Shown here: positions 1 to 8,462 of the stretch, piece after piece
Position numbering within the stretch: position 1 is the stretch's first letter
Layout: every line of letters starts with the position of its first letter
Assembly: GCA_046543235.1 (NCBI GenBank)
Contig: JBKGZT010000006.1
Coordinates: 1 to 35,653, forward strand
Length of the DNA stretch: 35,653 bases
Source: Candidatus Acetothermia bacterium
GTDB taxonomy: Bacteria; Bipolaricaulota; Bipolaricaulia; M55B111
Direction: 5' to 3'
Made by a program: the position numbers and the translations under genes
The notes under the pieces: model-generated
The model's database searches: none
What the model was told of the DNA's origin: nothing
What the model saw: only the letters and a program-made list of their open reading frames with translations

Positions 1-72
1 GAACCCACGGCTGAGTTTCACCTCAGCAACGGCTTAGCAAGCCGTCGTCTTCGGCCACTCGACCACCCCTCC
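1..72 (-). tRNA. tRNA-Ser(GCT), 3' end cut off by the window start
   Basis: Reverse complement reads GGAGGGGTGGTCGAGTGGCCGAAGACGACGGCTT-GCT-AAGCCGTT-GCTGAGGTGAAACTCAGC-CGTGGGTTC. It shows a D-arm, an ACGGC/GCCGT anticodon stem, the long variable arm typical of Ser, and the start of the T-loop (GGTTC). Confidence 0.95.
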
Positions 73-86
73 AAACATCGTACTTT

Positions 87-115
87 AACCTACCAAACTG
101 GCGGGGGTTTTTCAA
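87..115 (-). promoter_or_regulatory. Sigma70-type promoter for tRNA-Ser
   Basis: Minus strand TTGAAA-N17-TAGGTT with a TG extension, about 15 nt upstream of the tRNA 5' end. Confidence 0.5.
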
Positions 116-144
116 CTGATATTTTTCCACTTTTCACTTCGAGC

Positions 145-173
145 TTGTATACTAAACATAAGTTTAGTAAAAT
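145..173 (+). promoter_or_regulatory. lexA promoter with embedded palindromic operator (candidate SOS box)
   Basis: TTGTAT (145-150)-N17-TAAAAT (168-173). A perfect inverted repeat TACTAAAC-ATAA-GTTTAGTA (150-169) fills the spacer. Confidence 0.8.
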
Positions 174-184
174 GGAATCGAACC

Positions 185-808
185 ATGTACAGGGAAAATT
201 TGACCAAGAGGCAGTACGAGATCCTGGAGTTCGTCTACGAGACGATAAAGGAGACGTCGCGGCCGCCGACCATTCGGGAGATCGGTCGGGAGTTTTCAAT
301 CAGCTCTACCAAGGGGGTCTCCGACCACCTGGATGCCCTGGAGAAAAAGGGCTGGATAAAGAAGGACGAAGCCCGGGCCCGGGGCATCAGGCCCGTGAGG
401 CACAAGGTCAAAAAGTTGTTTGCCGGGGAGGAAGGAGTGCCCGTGGTCGGATCGGTCGTGGCGGGAAAGCCGACGCTGGCAACGGAAAACGTCGAAGGTC
501 CCCTGAAGCTAGAGGAGCTGTTTCCTCGTCGGGATGACCTCTTTGCCCTGCGGGTAGACGGAGATTCGATGGTCGAAGCAGGAATTCATCAGGGAGACCT
601 GGCGATCGTTCGGCAGCAGCCCACCGCCGAGGTCGGAGATATCGTGGTCGCGATAGTGAACGACGAAAAGGGAACGGTCAAGAAACTCTCCAAACTGGGA
701 GAGGAAATCCACCTTGAACCCGCCAATCCGGACTACGAGACGATAGTTAAGGAACCGTCCGAGGTCGAGATAAGAGGACGAGTTGTAGGTGTGGTTAGGA
801 AGATGTAG
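185..808 (+). CDS. lexA: LexA SOS repressor
   Basis: N-terminal winged HTH (LTKRQYEILEF..PPTIREIG..HLDALEKKGWI), Ala-Gly cleavage site (VVAG), catalytic Ser (GDSM) and Lys (TVKK); 207 aa. Confidence 0.96.
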   Translation: MYRENLTKRQYEILEFVYETIKETSRPPTIREIGREFSISSTKGVSDHLDALEKKGWIKKDEARARGIRPVRHKVKKLFAGEEGVPVVGSVVAGKPTLATENVEGPLKLEELFPRRDDLFALRVDGDSMVEAGIHQGDLAIVRQQPTAEVGDIVVAIVNDEKGTVKKLSKLGEEIHLEPANPDYETIVKEPSEVEIRGRVVGVVRKM

Positions 809-932
809 GAAAAGGAGTAGTCTTGGTCGGTACTTGTCAGCCCTCCAGCGTTCCCGGTGAGCAGAATAGTAAAATTTTCCCCTATCGTTCGATAGGAGCA
901 AAAGGATTTTCTTGGATTGATTTGATTCTATA

Positions 933-1193
933 ATGTATAAAGACGTAGACAAAACCGTAAAAGTCGGCGTGAAGTTTTCTTCCGGCAAGGTCGAGCCCGT
1001 CTGGTTTTTCTGGCGAGAGCGCAAGCACGAGGTCGACGAGGTAAACCTTTACCACCGCTCGTTCAGGGGCGAGGCCCCCCTCCATCACTTTTCCGTTTCG
1101 GTCGACGATGACGTATTCCAGCTCACTTTCGATGGGAAAAAGCTGAACTGGAAGCTGGACAAGCTCTGGCTGAACCGTGAAAAACCCCGATGA
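933..1193 (+). CDS. 86-aa beta-rich hypothetical protein coupled to the Y-family polymerase (resembles DUF6504/ImuB-C-like small proteins)
   Basis: ATGA overlap with the next gene. The pattern P..F.W....V..V...H.FSV......L.FD.....W.L recalls small proteins found beside mutagenic polymerases (from memory, unverified). Confidence 0.75.
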   Translation: MYKDVDKTVKVGVKFSSGKVEPVWFFWRERKHEVDEVNLYHRSFRGEAPLHHFSVSVDDDVFQLTFDGKKLNWKLDKLWLNREKPR

Positions 1194-2410
1194 GCAGAAC
1201 CGTCCTTCACGTAGATATGGACTCCTATTTCGCCTCGGTAGAACAACAGGCAAACCCCAAGCTCAGGGACAGACCGATAGTGGTTACCGGCAAGCCGACC
1301 ATCAAGTCGGTCGTGGCGGCTGCCTCGAAGGAGGCAAAGGAGTGCGGGATCGAGTCGGCGATGGCCACCTGGGAGGCCCGGAAGAAGTGCCCGGAATTGG
1401 TCCTGGTACCCGGGGATCCCGACAAGTACGAGTGGGTGACCAATAACTTTTTCGATATATTGAGGAGTTACAGCCCCAGGCTAGAGCCGTTCGGTGTGGA
1501 CGAGGCCTTCCTCGATGTTTCCGGACAGCTCGACGATTTCAAGTCGCCGGTCGATCTGGTAAGGGGTATTAAAGAAGACGTGGAGGAAGAATTCGGGGGC
1601 TGGATTACCTGCTCCGTCGGAATATCCCGAAACAAGCTGCTGGCCAAGCTGGCCTCGGACATGGAGAAACCCGACGGGGTAACGTGGATCAAAGAGGACG
1701 ACGTTTCTGATGTTCTGGAGAGTATTTCTCTGACTGACCTCTGCGGTATAGGGTCTAGGACGAAAAAAAGGCTCAACAGGTTGGGTATCGAGTCGGTGCC
1801 GGGGCTGGGTAGCTTCCCGGAGAAGAAGTTAAAGGAGGAGTTCGGGGCTGACGGGGCCCGGTTGAAGCTGATGGGCCAGGGTAAGGACCCCTCTCCAGTC
1901 CTACCCGCCAGTTACGAGGAAGAAGTCAAGTCGGTTGGAAACTCGCTCACCCTGCCCGATTACAAGCGAAGCCCTCGCAAGGCGCTGCCCGTTTTATTCA
2001 AGCTAGCTCAGAAGGTGGGTTACAGGCTAAGGAAGAAGGGTCTGGTGGCCGGAACGCTGAAGTTGATCGTCCGCGATGGCGAGTTTAACGTGAAGGGAAA
2101 GCAGCTTACGCCGGGGAATTACGTGGACGATGGAAACCTGATTTACTCTACCGCTTTAGAAATCAAAGAGAAGCTGGGGTTTCCGGCTACCCCGACGATG
2201 GTCGGAATCAGGGCCTCCAAATTGAGGTCAAAGGATTCCTTCCCGCGACCTTTATTGCCGGTTTATAGGGAAAGGGAGAATCTGCTTCGTGTTATGGACG
2301 AGGTAAACGAAGAATACGGTAAGGGTACGCTTTATTTTGCGGCCCAGAGCGGCTCGGAGGACCTGCTGCCCTCCGTCGGTGAATTTAAGCGGCCCGGCGA
2401 TCTCGACTGA
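1190..2410 (+). CDS. dinB: Y-family DNA polymerase (DinB/PolY) with C-terminal RecA-NT-like motif
   Basis: LHVDMDSYFASVEQ, GVDEAFLD, CSVGIS.NKLLAKLASD.EKPDG and HhH LCGIG motifs; C-terminal LLRVMDEVNEEYGKGTLYFAA. Confidence 0.93.
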   Translation: MSRTVLHVDMDSYFASVEQQANPKLRDRPIVVTGKPTIKSVVAAASKEAKECGIESAMATWEARKKCPELVLVPGDPDKYEWVTNNFFDILRSYSPRLEPFGVDEAFLDVSGQLDDFKSPVDLVRGIKEDVEEEFGGWITCSVGISRNKLLAKLASDMEKPDGVTWIKEDDVSDVLESISLTDLCGIGSRTKKRLNRLGIESVPGLGSFPEKKLKEEFGADGARLKLMGQGKDPSPVLPASYEEEVKSVGNSLTLPDYKRSPRKALPVLFKLAQKVGYRLRKKGLVAGTLKLIVRDGEFNVKGKQLTPGNYVDDGNLIYSTALEIKEKLGFPATPTMVGIRASKLRSKDSFPRPLLPVYRERENLLRVMDEVNEEYGKGTLYFAAQSGSEDLLPSVGEFKRPGDLD

Positions 2411-2435
2411 CGGAGGGGGGTGAGTTGAGGCCTTC

Positions 2436-2837
2436 TCAGGAGCCGTCTTCCTCCAGCGGGGTGAACTCGAACTCCTCCAGAATTACCTCCACCTCTTTCC
2501 CGTTCGACGGGGGATTTCCGTCGACCAGCCATAGGTTTACGTGCGTTTTTAAATCGGCAACGGGCAGTTGGTCCCCTTCGTAGGTCCATTCTTCCAGGAG
2601 GTTCGTCCGGTTGCAGGACTCGTCCTCGCAGCCCTCGTAACGGAAATAGAGTTCGTCCCTCGTCCAGGTATAGGAAAATCTCTTTCGGTTCCCTTCGGAG
2701 AGCTCCGCGGGAAACCTCTTGATGTTTTGGTCGTATTCGGAAGGTTGTACCACGAACTGGACGGCGACCCCCAGAAGCTCCTGGAGCGAGGCCTCGCCGG
2801 ATAATTCAGAGGTAAGTCCTTTTCGTTTCTCATTCAT
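2436..2837 (-). pseudogene. C-terminal half of a GH16-like (ConA/laminarinase-fold) protein, lacking the catalytic ExDxE motif
   Basis: QFVVQP...F.W......F...W.Y.G..P......VNLWL..G.PP.NG.EVEVI..F.F.P resembles the C-terminus of GH16-like proteins. GGAGGT SD sits 4 nt before the ATG at 2837. Confidence 0.5.
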
Positions 2838-2968
2838 TTTTACCTCCATCTTTCCTGAGAATCGGTAGAACTAGGACTTCTATTGTAAGACACTTCCCGA
2901 TTTCGGTAAACTATTCCTGTTGGTCAAGCTAAACGAATCTAACTTAGCGATTTACCGGAACGTGAAGC

Positions 2969-3781
2969 ATGGACAAGGGAAGGTTTCCAGAGATAGACTT
3001 GGTCAGAGGCCTGGCTATAGTCGGGATGGTAGCTTACCACGTAGTTTTCGACCTCGTCCTCGTTGACCTGGTTGAACTGAGCCTTTCGGTGCGGTGGTTC
3101 GATTTTCTCGGGAAGACCACGGCGGGGACGTTTTTTGTTGTTGCCGGGACCTCGCTATACATCAGTTACCTTCGGGGTAGGAGGGTAAAAGATAGCGGCA
3201 CAGAACTCTTCGGCAAGTACCTGTTGAGGGGGGTAAAGCTCCTCACCTGGGGCTTTATAATTTCTGGCTTAACCTACCTCTTCTTCCCGGACGCGGTTAT
3301 CGTCTTTGGGGCGCTTCACTTCATCGGTGTTTCCGTATTCCTCGGATATCTGCTTCTCCGATTTACTTACGGTTTAAGAAGGATTTATAGGCTAACTGCT
3401 TGGGTGGGGATTGCCGTCCTAATGTTCGTTCTTTCCGGTCCAGTAAAAGGTTTATCCGTAGACCACGGTTATTTGCTTCCCCTGGGTTCGGTCCCGCCGG
3501 GTTATCAGTCGCTGGATTATTATCCCCTGCTGCCCTGGTTTGGCTTCGTCATCGGGGGATTGGTACTGGGTGATTTGTTCTACCCGGAAGGAGAGAGGGC
3601 ATCGGAAGTTTACGAGTTCAAAAACAGGCCGGTCGAATTCCTCGGGAGAAACTCGCTCTGGATATACTTCCTCCACCAACCGATAATCCTGCTCGGACTT
3701 TTCCTGTTTTTCACGATTACCGGGGCCGGTTCTCGGGTATATCTCCCGTTCGACTTCTTGTCGGGCTTTTTGTCGGGTTAG
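2969..3781 (+). CDS. DUF1624 / heparan-alpha-glucosaminide N-acetyltransferase-like membrane protein
   Basis: EIDLVRGLAIVGMVAYH, DYYPLLPWFG and LGRNSLWIYFLHQP motifs; multiple TM helices. Confidence 0.85.
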   Translation: MDKGRFPEIDLVRGLAIVGMVAYHVVFDLVLVDLVELSLSVRWFDFLGKTTAGTFFVVAGTSLYISYLRGRRVKDSGTELFGKYLLRGVKLLTWGFIISGLTYLFFPDAVIVFGALHFIGVSVFLGYLLLRFTYGLRRIYRLTAWVGIAVLMFVLSGPVKGLSVDHGYLLPLGSVPPGYQSLDYYPLLPWFGFVIGGLVLGDLFYPEGERASEVYEFKNRPVEFLGRNSLWIYFLHQPIILLGLFLFFTITGAGSRVYLPFDFLSGFLSG

Positions 3782-4923
3782 CCCATCTGCAGTGCTCCCT
3801 CTCTCAGTTCACCCCGGTCGACACGCTCAGGGTCGTAGTAATCGAAGGGGAGCTCGGTATTTCCGTGGACGATCATCTCCGCCAGGCCCTTTCCGACCGC
3901 AGGAGCCATCATGTAACCGTGTCCGCTGAAGCCGGCGGCCAGGTAGAAACCGGGCGGACCGTACCCACCGATCAACGGGTTTCCGTCCGGACTCATGGCG
4001 TAATAACCCGCCCAATGCCTCAGGATTCTCACGTGTTTCAGTCCGGGGGCTATGGAGCCCATTGCCCGACTGACCCGTTTTTCGAAATCTAGGGTCTCGG
4101 TCGTGTCGAAGGTGGGTGGTTCGTCTTCCGGAGTCGCCACGCCGCCGATGACGCCGCCCCTTTCGGTCTGGGTAAGGTAGGCGTCTTCGTGTGACATAGA
4201 GATTACCATCGGTTCGATCGTCCCGGCCCGGATCGGTTCGGTAATTACCGCCTGGTGGCGATAGGGTTCGATAGGAACGTCTAGGCCGATCATTTCGGCT
4301 ATTTTTTGTGTCCAACCGCCTGCGGCGTTTATCAGTATCTCTGCCTCGTAGTCTTCTCCCGTGGTCTCTATTGTTTTTACCTTTTTCCCCTCTTTTAACT
4401 GGATGTTCGTTACTTCGGTCCCTTCTTTTAGCTCCACGGGGCTCGTTCGGAAATGCCGCTTAAACCCGGCGACCACCTCGAACGGGTGGGCTTTGCCGTC
4501 GTCTGGGTTGTAGCTTGCTCCCAGGAGATCCGTGGTGTCGAGGGGTTCGCAAATTTCCTTTGCCTCTTCGGGGGTAAGTATTTCCGTGGGTACACCGAGG
4601 GAATTCTGCAGCTTTTTCATTTCTCGGTACCTCTTCATCGCCTCATCCGTATGGTGGAGGTATAGATATCCAGTTCTACGAAAGTCAAAGCCGAGGTCGC
4701 CCGCCAGCTCCTCCCAGAGCTTTTCCGCCCGTTTCATGGTCCGGATAGTCGGTTCGTCAGCAAACTGGGCTCTGATACCGGTTCCGCATCTCCCGGTAGA
4801 TCCGCTACCCGCGTAGTTCTTTTCCAGAACGGAAACGTTCTCAACCCCGAGTTGCTCGAGGTAATAGGCGACCGCAAGACCGGTCGAACCGGCGCCGACC
4901 ACCACGGCATCGCGTTCAATCAT
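3778..4923 (-). CDS. pdhB: FAD-dependent oxidoreductase, dye-linked L-proline dehydrogenase beta / sarcosine oxidase beta-like
   Basis: GAGSTG FAD motif, GSGSTGRCGTGIRAQF, WAGYYAMSPDGNP, GFSGHGYMMAPAVG, and a C-terminal RGELREGALQMG like Thermococcales PdhB. Confidence 0.85.
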   Translation of the reverse strand: MIERDAVVVGAGSTGLAVAYYLEQLGVENVSVLEKNYAGSGSTGRCGTGIRAQFADEPTIRTMKRAEKLWEELAGDLGFDFRRTGYLYLHHTDEAMKRYREMKKLQNSLGVPTEILTPEEAKEICEPLDTTDLLGASYNPDDGKAHPFEVVAGFKRHFRTSPVELKEGTEVTNIQLKEGKKVKTIETTGEDYEAEILINAAGGWTQKIAEMIGLDVPIEPYRHQAVITEPIRAGTIEPMVISMSHEDAYLTQTERGGVIGGVATPEDEPPTFDTTETLDFEKRVSRAMGSIAPGLKHVRILRHWAGYYAMSPDGNPLIGGYGPPGFYLAAGFSGHGYMMAPAVGKGLAEMIVHGNTELPFDYYDPERVDRGELREGALQMG

Positions 4924-5215
4924 TCGTCTTCACTTCCTTCTCGCCCGCGGCGAACCTAATTGGAATCGGAATTATTGGTGATCTGGTCCGGGGAAGTTTC
5001 GTTTCGTCCGGGGAAGTCGAGGTTTCTTCCGCAAGTATCCGACGAACGTGGGTAAGGCAGGTTCTCCCGCCACAGGTCCCGGTGCCGATCTTCGTCTTTC
5101 TCTTCAGGAGTTCTATAGTATCGAAACCCTCGGATATCGCTTCGCGTATTTCCCCTTCGGTCACGTCCCGGCAGCGGCAGACGATGATTTCATCTTCGTT
5201 ACTGGAATTACACAT
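4916..5215 (-). CDS. BFD-like (2Fe-2S)-binding small subunit (PdhX/delta-like)
   Basis: IVCRCRDVT...GTGTCGGRTC...RSPI.PI motif; overlaps both neighbours. Confidence 0.85.
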   Translation of the reverse strand: MCNSSNEDEIIVCRCRDVTEGEIREAISEGFDTIELLKRKTKIGTGTCGGRTCLTHVRRILAEETSTSPDETKLPRTRSPIIPIPIRFAAGEKEVKTND

Positions 5216-5708
5216 CTTTCCTCCTGATGTTTCGTACTTTATTTACGTAGGTTTCCGGGATCTTTACGGTGACGGTGGAGGTATCGCCGGCCGATTCTTC
5301 CCGGGTGACCCTACCTTTGACCTGGCAGGTGGTAATCGCTTTTCCTTTCCTGTCCAGCCCGAGGACTTCTTCACCGACTGCCGGGAGGTCGAATTCGTAC
5401 GGGAGGGTAACCTGACAGCCCTCGCCCGACGAGCAGTCAAGCAGAAAAATAGCGAGCCCGGGACAGTACTGGACGCAGGTCGAACAGCCGGTACATTTTT
5501 CGAAGTTCACGCTGGGCGTCTCGTTAATATCTTCCATCTCGATTGCACCAACCGGGCAGCGCCGACTGCAGGGATCGCAGGGTATCTTCTGTGGACACTC
5601 GACTATTGCTACGGGTCCATCTTCTAACCTCTCTTCCGGAGGTAATTCCACGTCCTCCGGTTTGAGGTGGCCGGTATTTTTCCAGGTTTTCTCTCCTTTT
5701 ACGCTCAT
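5208..5708 (-). CDS. 2x[4Fe-4S] ferredoxin subunit (PdhF/gamma-like)
   Basis: ECPQKIPCDPCSRRCP and CTGCSTCVQYCPG, followed by a VTLPYEF..P..GE.V..LDR.G domain. Confidence 0.88.
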   Translation of the reverse strand: MSVKGEKTWKNTGHLKPEDVELPPEERLEDGPVAIVECPQKIPCDPCSRRCPVGAIEMEDINETPSVNFEKCTGCSTCVQYCPGLAIFLLDCSSGEGCQVTLPYEFDLPAVGEEVLGLDRKGKAITTCQVKGRVTREESAGDTSTVTVKIPETYVNKVRNIRRKDV

Positions 5709-7120
5709 TTTCGTACCTCCCTTAGGCCGTTCCTGAGATCGGTATAATATGGCCCAGATCTCAATTCTTTCAGCTCGGAGCGAGCCTCCTCGATAGTCGA
5801 CCTTTCTCGTATCCCGCCGAAACCAAGTTCCAGCACGGCATCCGCTCCGGCGATAGTACCCTCGAGTGCGGCCGAGGTAGCCTCCTCGATACCGGTAACG
5901 TCTCCCGCCGCGTAGATGTCCCCCCTCGTTGTTTTCATCCTGGAATTACGTACGGGAACGTAACCGCCGAGGCGACTTTCTCTTCTTAGCTCACAGCCTG
6001 CATGGTCTAACAACCTGTAACTAGGGGAAAGACCGACTCCGAGAGCGAGAACGTCGACGTCAAAAGTTTTTTCCGTTCCCACGATTACCTCCCCTTCCTT
6101 TCCCACCTCGGCAATTACGACCTTTTTCAGGTTCCCTTCGCCTACTGCCTTTAATACCCGGTGGTGGGTGAATAGGGGAACCCCTAACCTCCTCAGCTTC
6201 GCGGCGTGGACGAAGTACCCCCCTATATCCGGGGCAATCTCGACGACGGCCTTCACGTTCACGTCGGCCTGCAGGAGTTGATAGGCCACAATCAGGCCGA
6301 CGTTTCCAGCGCCCACCATCACCACCTCTTCACCGGGCTTGACCCCATAGACGTTCATCAGAGTCTGGACTCCTCCTGCCCCGTATACGCCGGGTAGGTC
6401 GTTGTTCCTGAACCTGATAGTATCCTCCGTGGCACCGGTGGTAACTATCGTCTTTTTCGGTTTTATTTTTAAAAACTGTTCCCGGTTACGGTAGACCCCG
6501 ACCGACTCATCGTAGATCCCGACGGCGCTCGTGGAAGTTAGCGTCTCGATCCCTTCTCGGGATTTGACCGAATTTACCAGTCTCTCACCTATATCTATCC
6601 CTCTTTTCCCCGCTTCCTCCCGGGAGGAGCCGAAGAACTTGTGTGTTTGTTTGATCAGTTGTCCGCCCAGTAAGGGATTTTCGTCGACGATAACGACCTC
6701 CGCTCCGGCCCTCCTGGCAGTCAAGGCGGCATTTAACCCCGCTGGTCCCCCTCCGATAACCAGGGTATCGGTACGTTTAACGTCAATCGGATCTGCTTCG
6801 AGATTGTTTCCTTCGGATGGAAGTTCGGGGAATCCCTTCTGTTTTTCGACTTCCATACCATCGCGTACCTGAGTTATGCAGGTCCTGACGTTGGGAACCC
6901 CGTCGACCTTCATCAGACAGGAGGAACACTTGCCGATGGAACAAAATAGCCCTCTCGGTCTGTTTTTCTCGCCGCTCCGCCTGAGTTCCCTTATACCTTC
7001 CTCGTGAAGAGCTGCTGCGATAGTCTCCCCTTTTCGGCCGGATACCTCCTTTCCTTCGTAGGTGAAAGTTAATTTCTCACCGTGTGAGCAGGAGAGAATC
7101 GGATGCTCAGTTATTCTCAT
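5705..7120 (-). CDS. pdhA: Proline dehydrogenase alpha / sarcosine oxidase alpha-like flavoprotein with N-terminal 2Fe-2S domain
   Basis: MRITEHPIL start, RGLFCSIGKCSSCLM.VDG.PNVRTC, GGGPAG FAD motif, GAGNVG NAD motif, AAGDVTGIEEA. Confidence 0.85.
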   Translation of the reverse strand: MRITEHPILSCSHGEKLTFTYEGKEVSGRKGETIAAALHEEGIRELRRSGEKNRPRGLFCSIGKCSSCLMKVDGVPNVRTCITQVRDGMEVEKQKGFPELPSEGNNLEADPIDVKRTDTLVIGGGPAGLNAALTARRAGAEVVIVDENPLLGGQLIKQTHKFFGSSREEAGKRGIDIGERLVNSVKSREGIETLTSTSAVGIYDESVGVYRNREQFLKIKPKKTIVTTGATEDTIRFRNNDLPGVYGAGGVQTLMNVYGVKPGEEVVMVGAGNVGLIVAYQLLQADVNVKAVVEIAPDIGGYFVHAAKLRRLGVPLFTHHRVLKAVGEGNLKKVVIAEVGKEGEVIVGTEKTFDVDVLALGVGLSPSYRLLDHAGCELRRESRLGGYVPVRNSRMKTTRGDIYAAGDVTGIEEATSAALEGTIAGADAVLELGFGGIRERSTIEEARSELKELRSGPYYTDLRNGLREVRK

Positions 7121-7172
7121 ATAAGATTAGAACCCCTCCGGAAAAGCTTATTTGGAATTCCCCGGCGACCTT

Positions 7173-7202
7173 ATGCTATAATAACTTGCTTGGGATTGTC
7201 AA
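7173..7202. promoter_or_regulatory. Overlapping divergent promoters for the pdh operon (-) and dgt (+)
   Basis: Minus strand TTGACA (7197-7202)-N18-TAGCAT (7173-7178); plus strand extended -10 TGcTATAAT (7174-7182). Confidence 0.55.
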
Positions 7203-7296
7203 ATACCTCCGGCGAGTTGGTGGCGTTTGGCAGTTAGTGTTTACGAAAAGCTTTTTGCCCGGCTAAAATCCGCGCGGACGACATTAAAGGAGGAAT

Positions 7297-8409
7297 ATGA
7301 AGAATCCCTTACCCAAATCCGTCTATAAGAGCCGAATTACCGAACGGAAGGAGGACATAAGGGGGCCGTACTTCCGCGACCAGACGGCAATAATTCATTC
7401 TCTCCCATTCAGAAGGCTGAAGAACAAGACCCAGGTTTTTTTCGCCCCGGAGAACGATCACATATGTACGAGAATAGAACACGTCCTCCACGTTTCCACG
7501 ATATCGGCGACGATCTGCAAAGGGCTCGGACTCGACGTCGAGCTGGCACAGGCCATCGCCCTGGGCCACGATCTCGGCCACGCGCCCTTCGGTCACTCCG
7601 GGGAGAAGATACTGGACAGGCTGAACCGAAACCAGGGTGGTTTTATCCACGAACTCCACGGCCTGAGGATAGTTGACAAGTTGAGTAAGCACGGTAAGGG
7701 TCTGAACCTGACCTATGCAGTTAGGGATGGCATCGTATCTCACTACGGAGAAGAGTTCAGTCAATCAATTGAACCGGCCGAAGAAAGGAAAGAACTCAGC
7801 AAGCTGGATCGGAAAGGTACGGCGCCTACCTCCTACGAAGGGTGCGTCGTCAGGATGTCCGACAAGATCGCGTACTTCGGCCGTGATATCGAGGACGCGA
7901 TAAAAGCGGAATTGATTCGGGAAGAGGATATACCGGAAACCGTCAGGGCCGAACTTGGGACGAAGAACGGCGAAATCATCGACGTATTTGTCAAGGACCT
8001 TATCGAGTGGTCACGGGAACACGGCAGGATTGGTTTTTCTAGGGATAAGTACGAACTAATGCGGGATTTGAAGGAATTCAACTACGCCAATATCTATGGC
8101 CACGAAAGGTTGAAAAGGTACGCTAGACACGCCGAAGTTATTTTGAACATCCTATTCGACCACCTCAGGAGTATAATGGACGAGTTCGGAAGGGACTACG
8201 GGGCCTACATGGAGAGCGACATCCCTCTGGACAGGAGGTTCGGTGACTACCTACAGGGGTTCAGCGACTTTTATGGCGTGGAAGAGCCCTTCAATCAACA
8301 GCGGGTAGCCCTGGATTACATAGCCGGAATGACCGACAAATACGCCCTGAAGGCCGCAAAAGAAGTAATATTTCCCGAGCCGATCAAGTTCGACCACGTC
8401 GAGGACTGA
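7297..8409 (+). CDS. dgt: dGTP triphosphohydrolase-like HD-domain protein
   Basis: FRRLKNKTQVF, TR..H..HV, GHDLGHAPFGHSGE, DKIAY...DIED and DYIAGMTD motifs; SD AAAGGAGG. Confidence 0.9.
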   Translation: MKNPLPKSVYKSRITERKEDIRGPYFRDQTAIIHSLPFRRLKNKTQVFFAPENDHICTRIEHVLHVSTISATICKGLGLDVELAQAIALGHDLGHAPFGHSGEKILDRLNRNQGGFIHELHGLRIVDKLSKHGKGLNLTYAVRDGIVSHYGEEFSQSIEPAEERKELSKLDRKGTAPTSYEGCVVRMSDKIAYFGRDIEDAIKAELIREEDIPETVRAELGTKNGEIIDVFVKDLIEWSREHGRIGFSRDKYELMRDLKEFNYANIYGHERLKRYARHAEVILNILFDHLRSIMDEFGRDYGAYMESDIPLDRRFGDYLQGFSDFYGVEEPFNQQRVALDYIAGMTDKYALKAAKEVIFPEPIKFDHVED

Positions 8410-8462
8410 TTTCTCCAACCGGGTTACCTCGCACACCTAATTTTTGAGAGGTCCCGACTATC

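Noticed and set aside
1-2410. SOS cassette as an island integrated at tRNA-Ser
   Set aside because: The cassette abuts the tRNA 5' end rather than the 3' att end, and no integrase or duplicated tRNA 3' fragment was seen.
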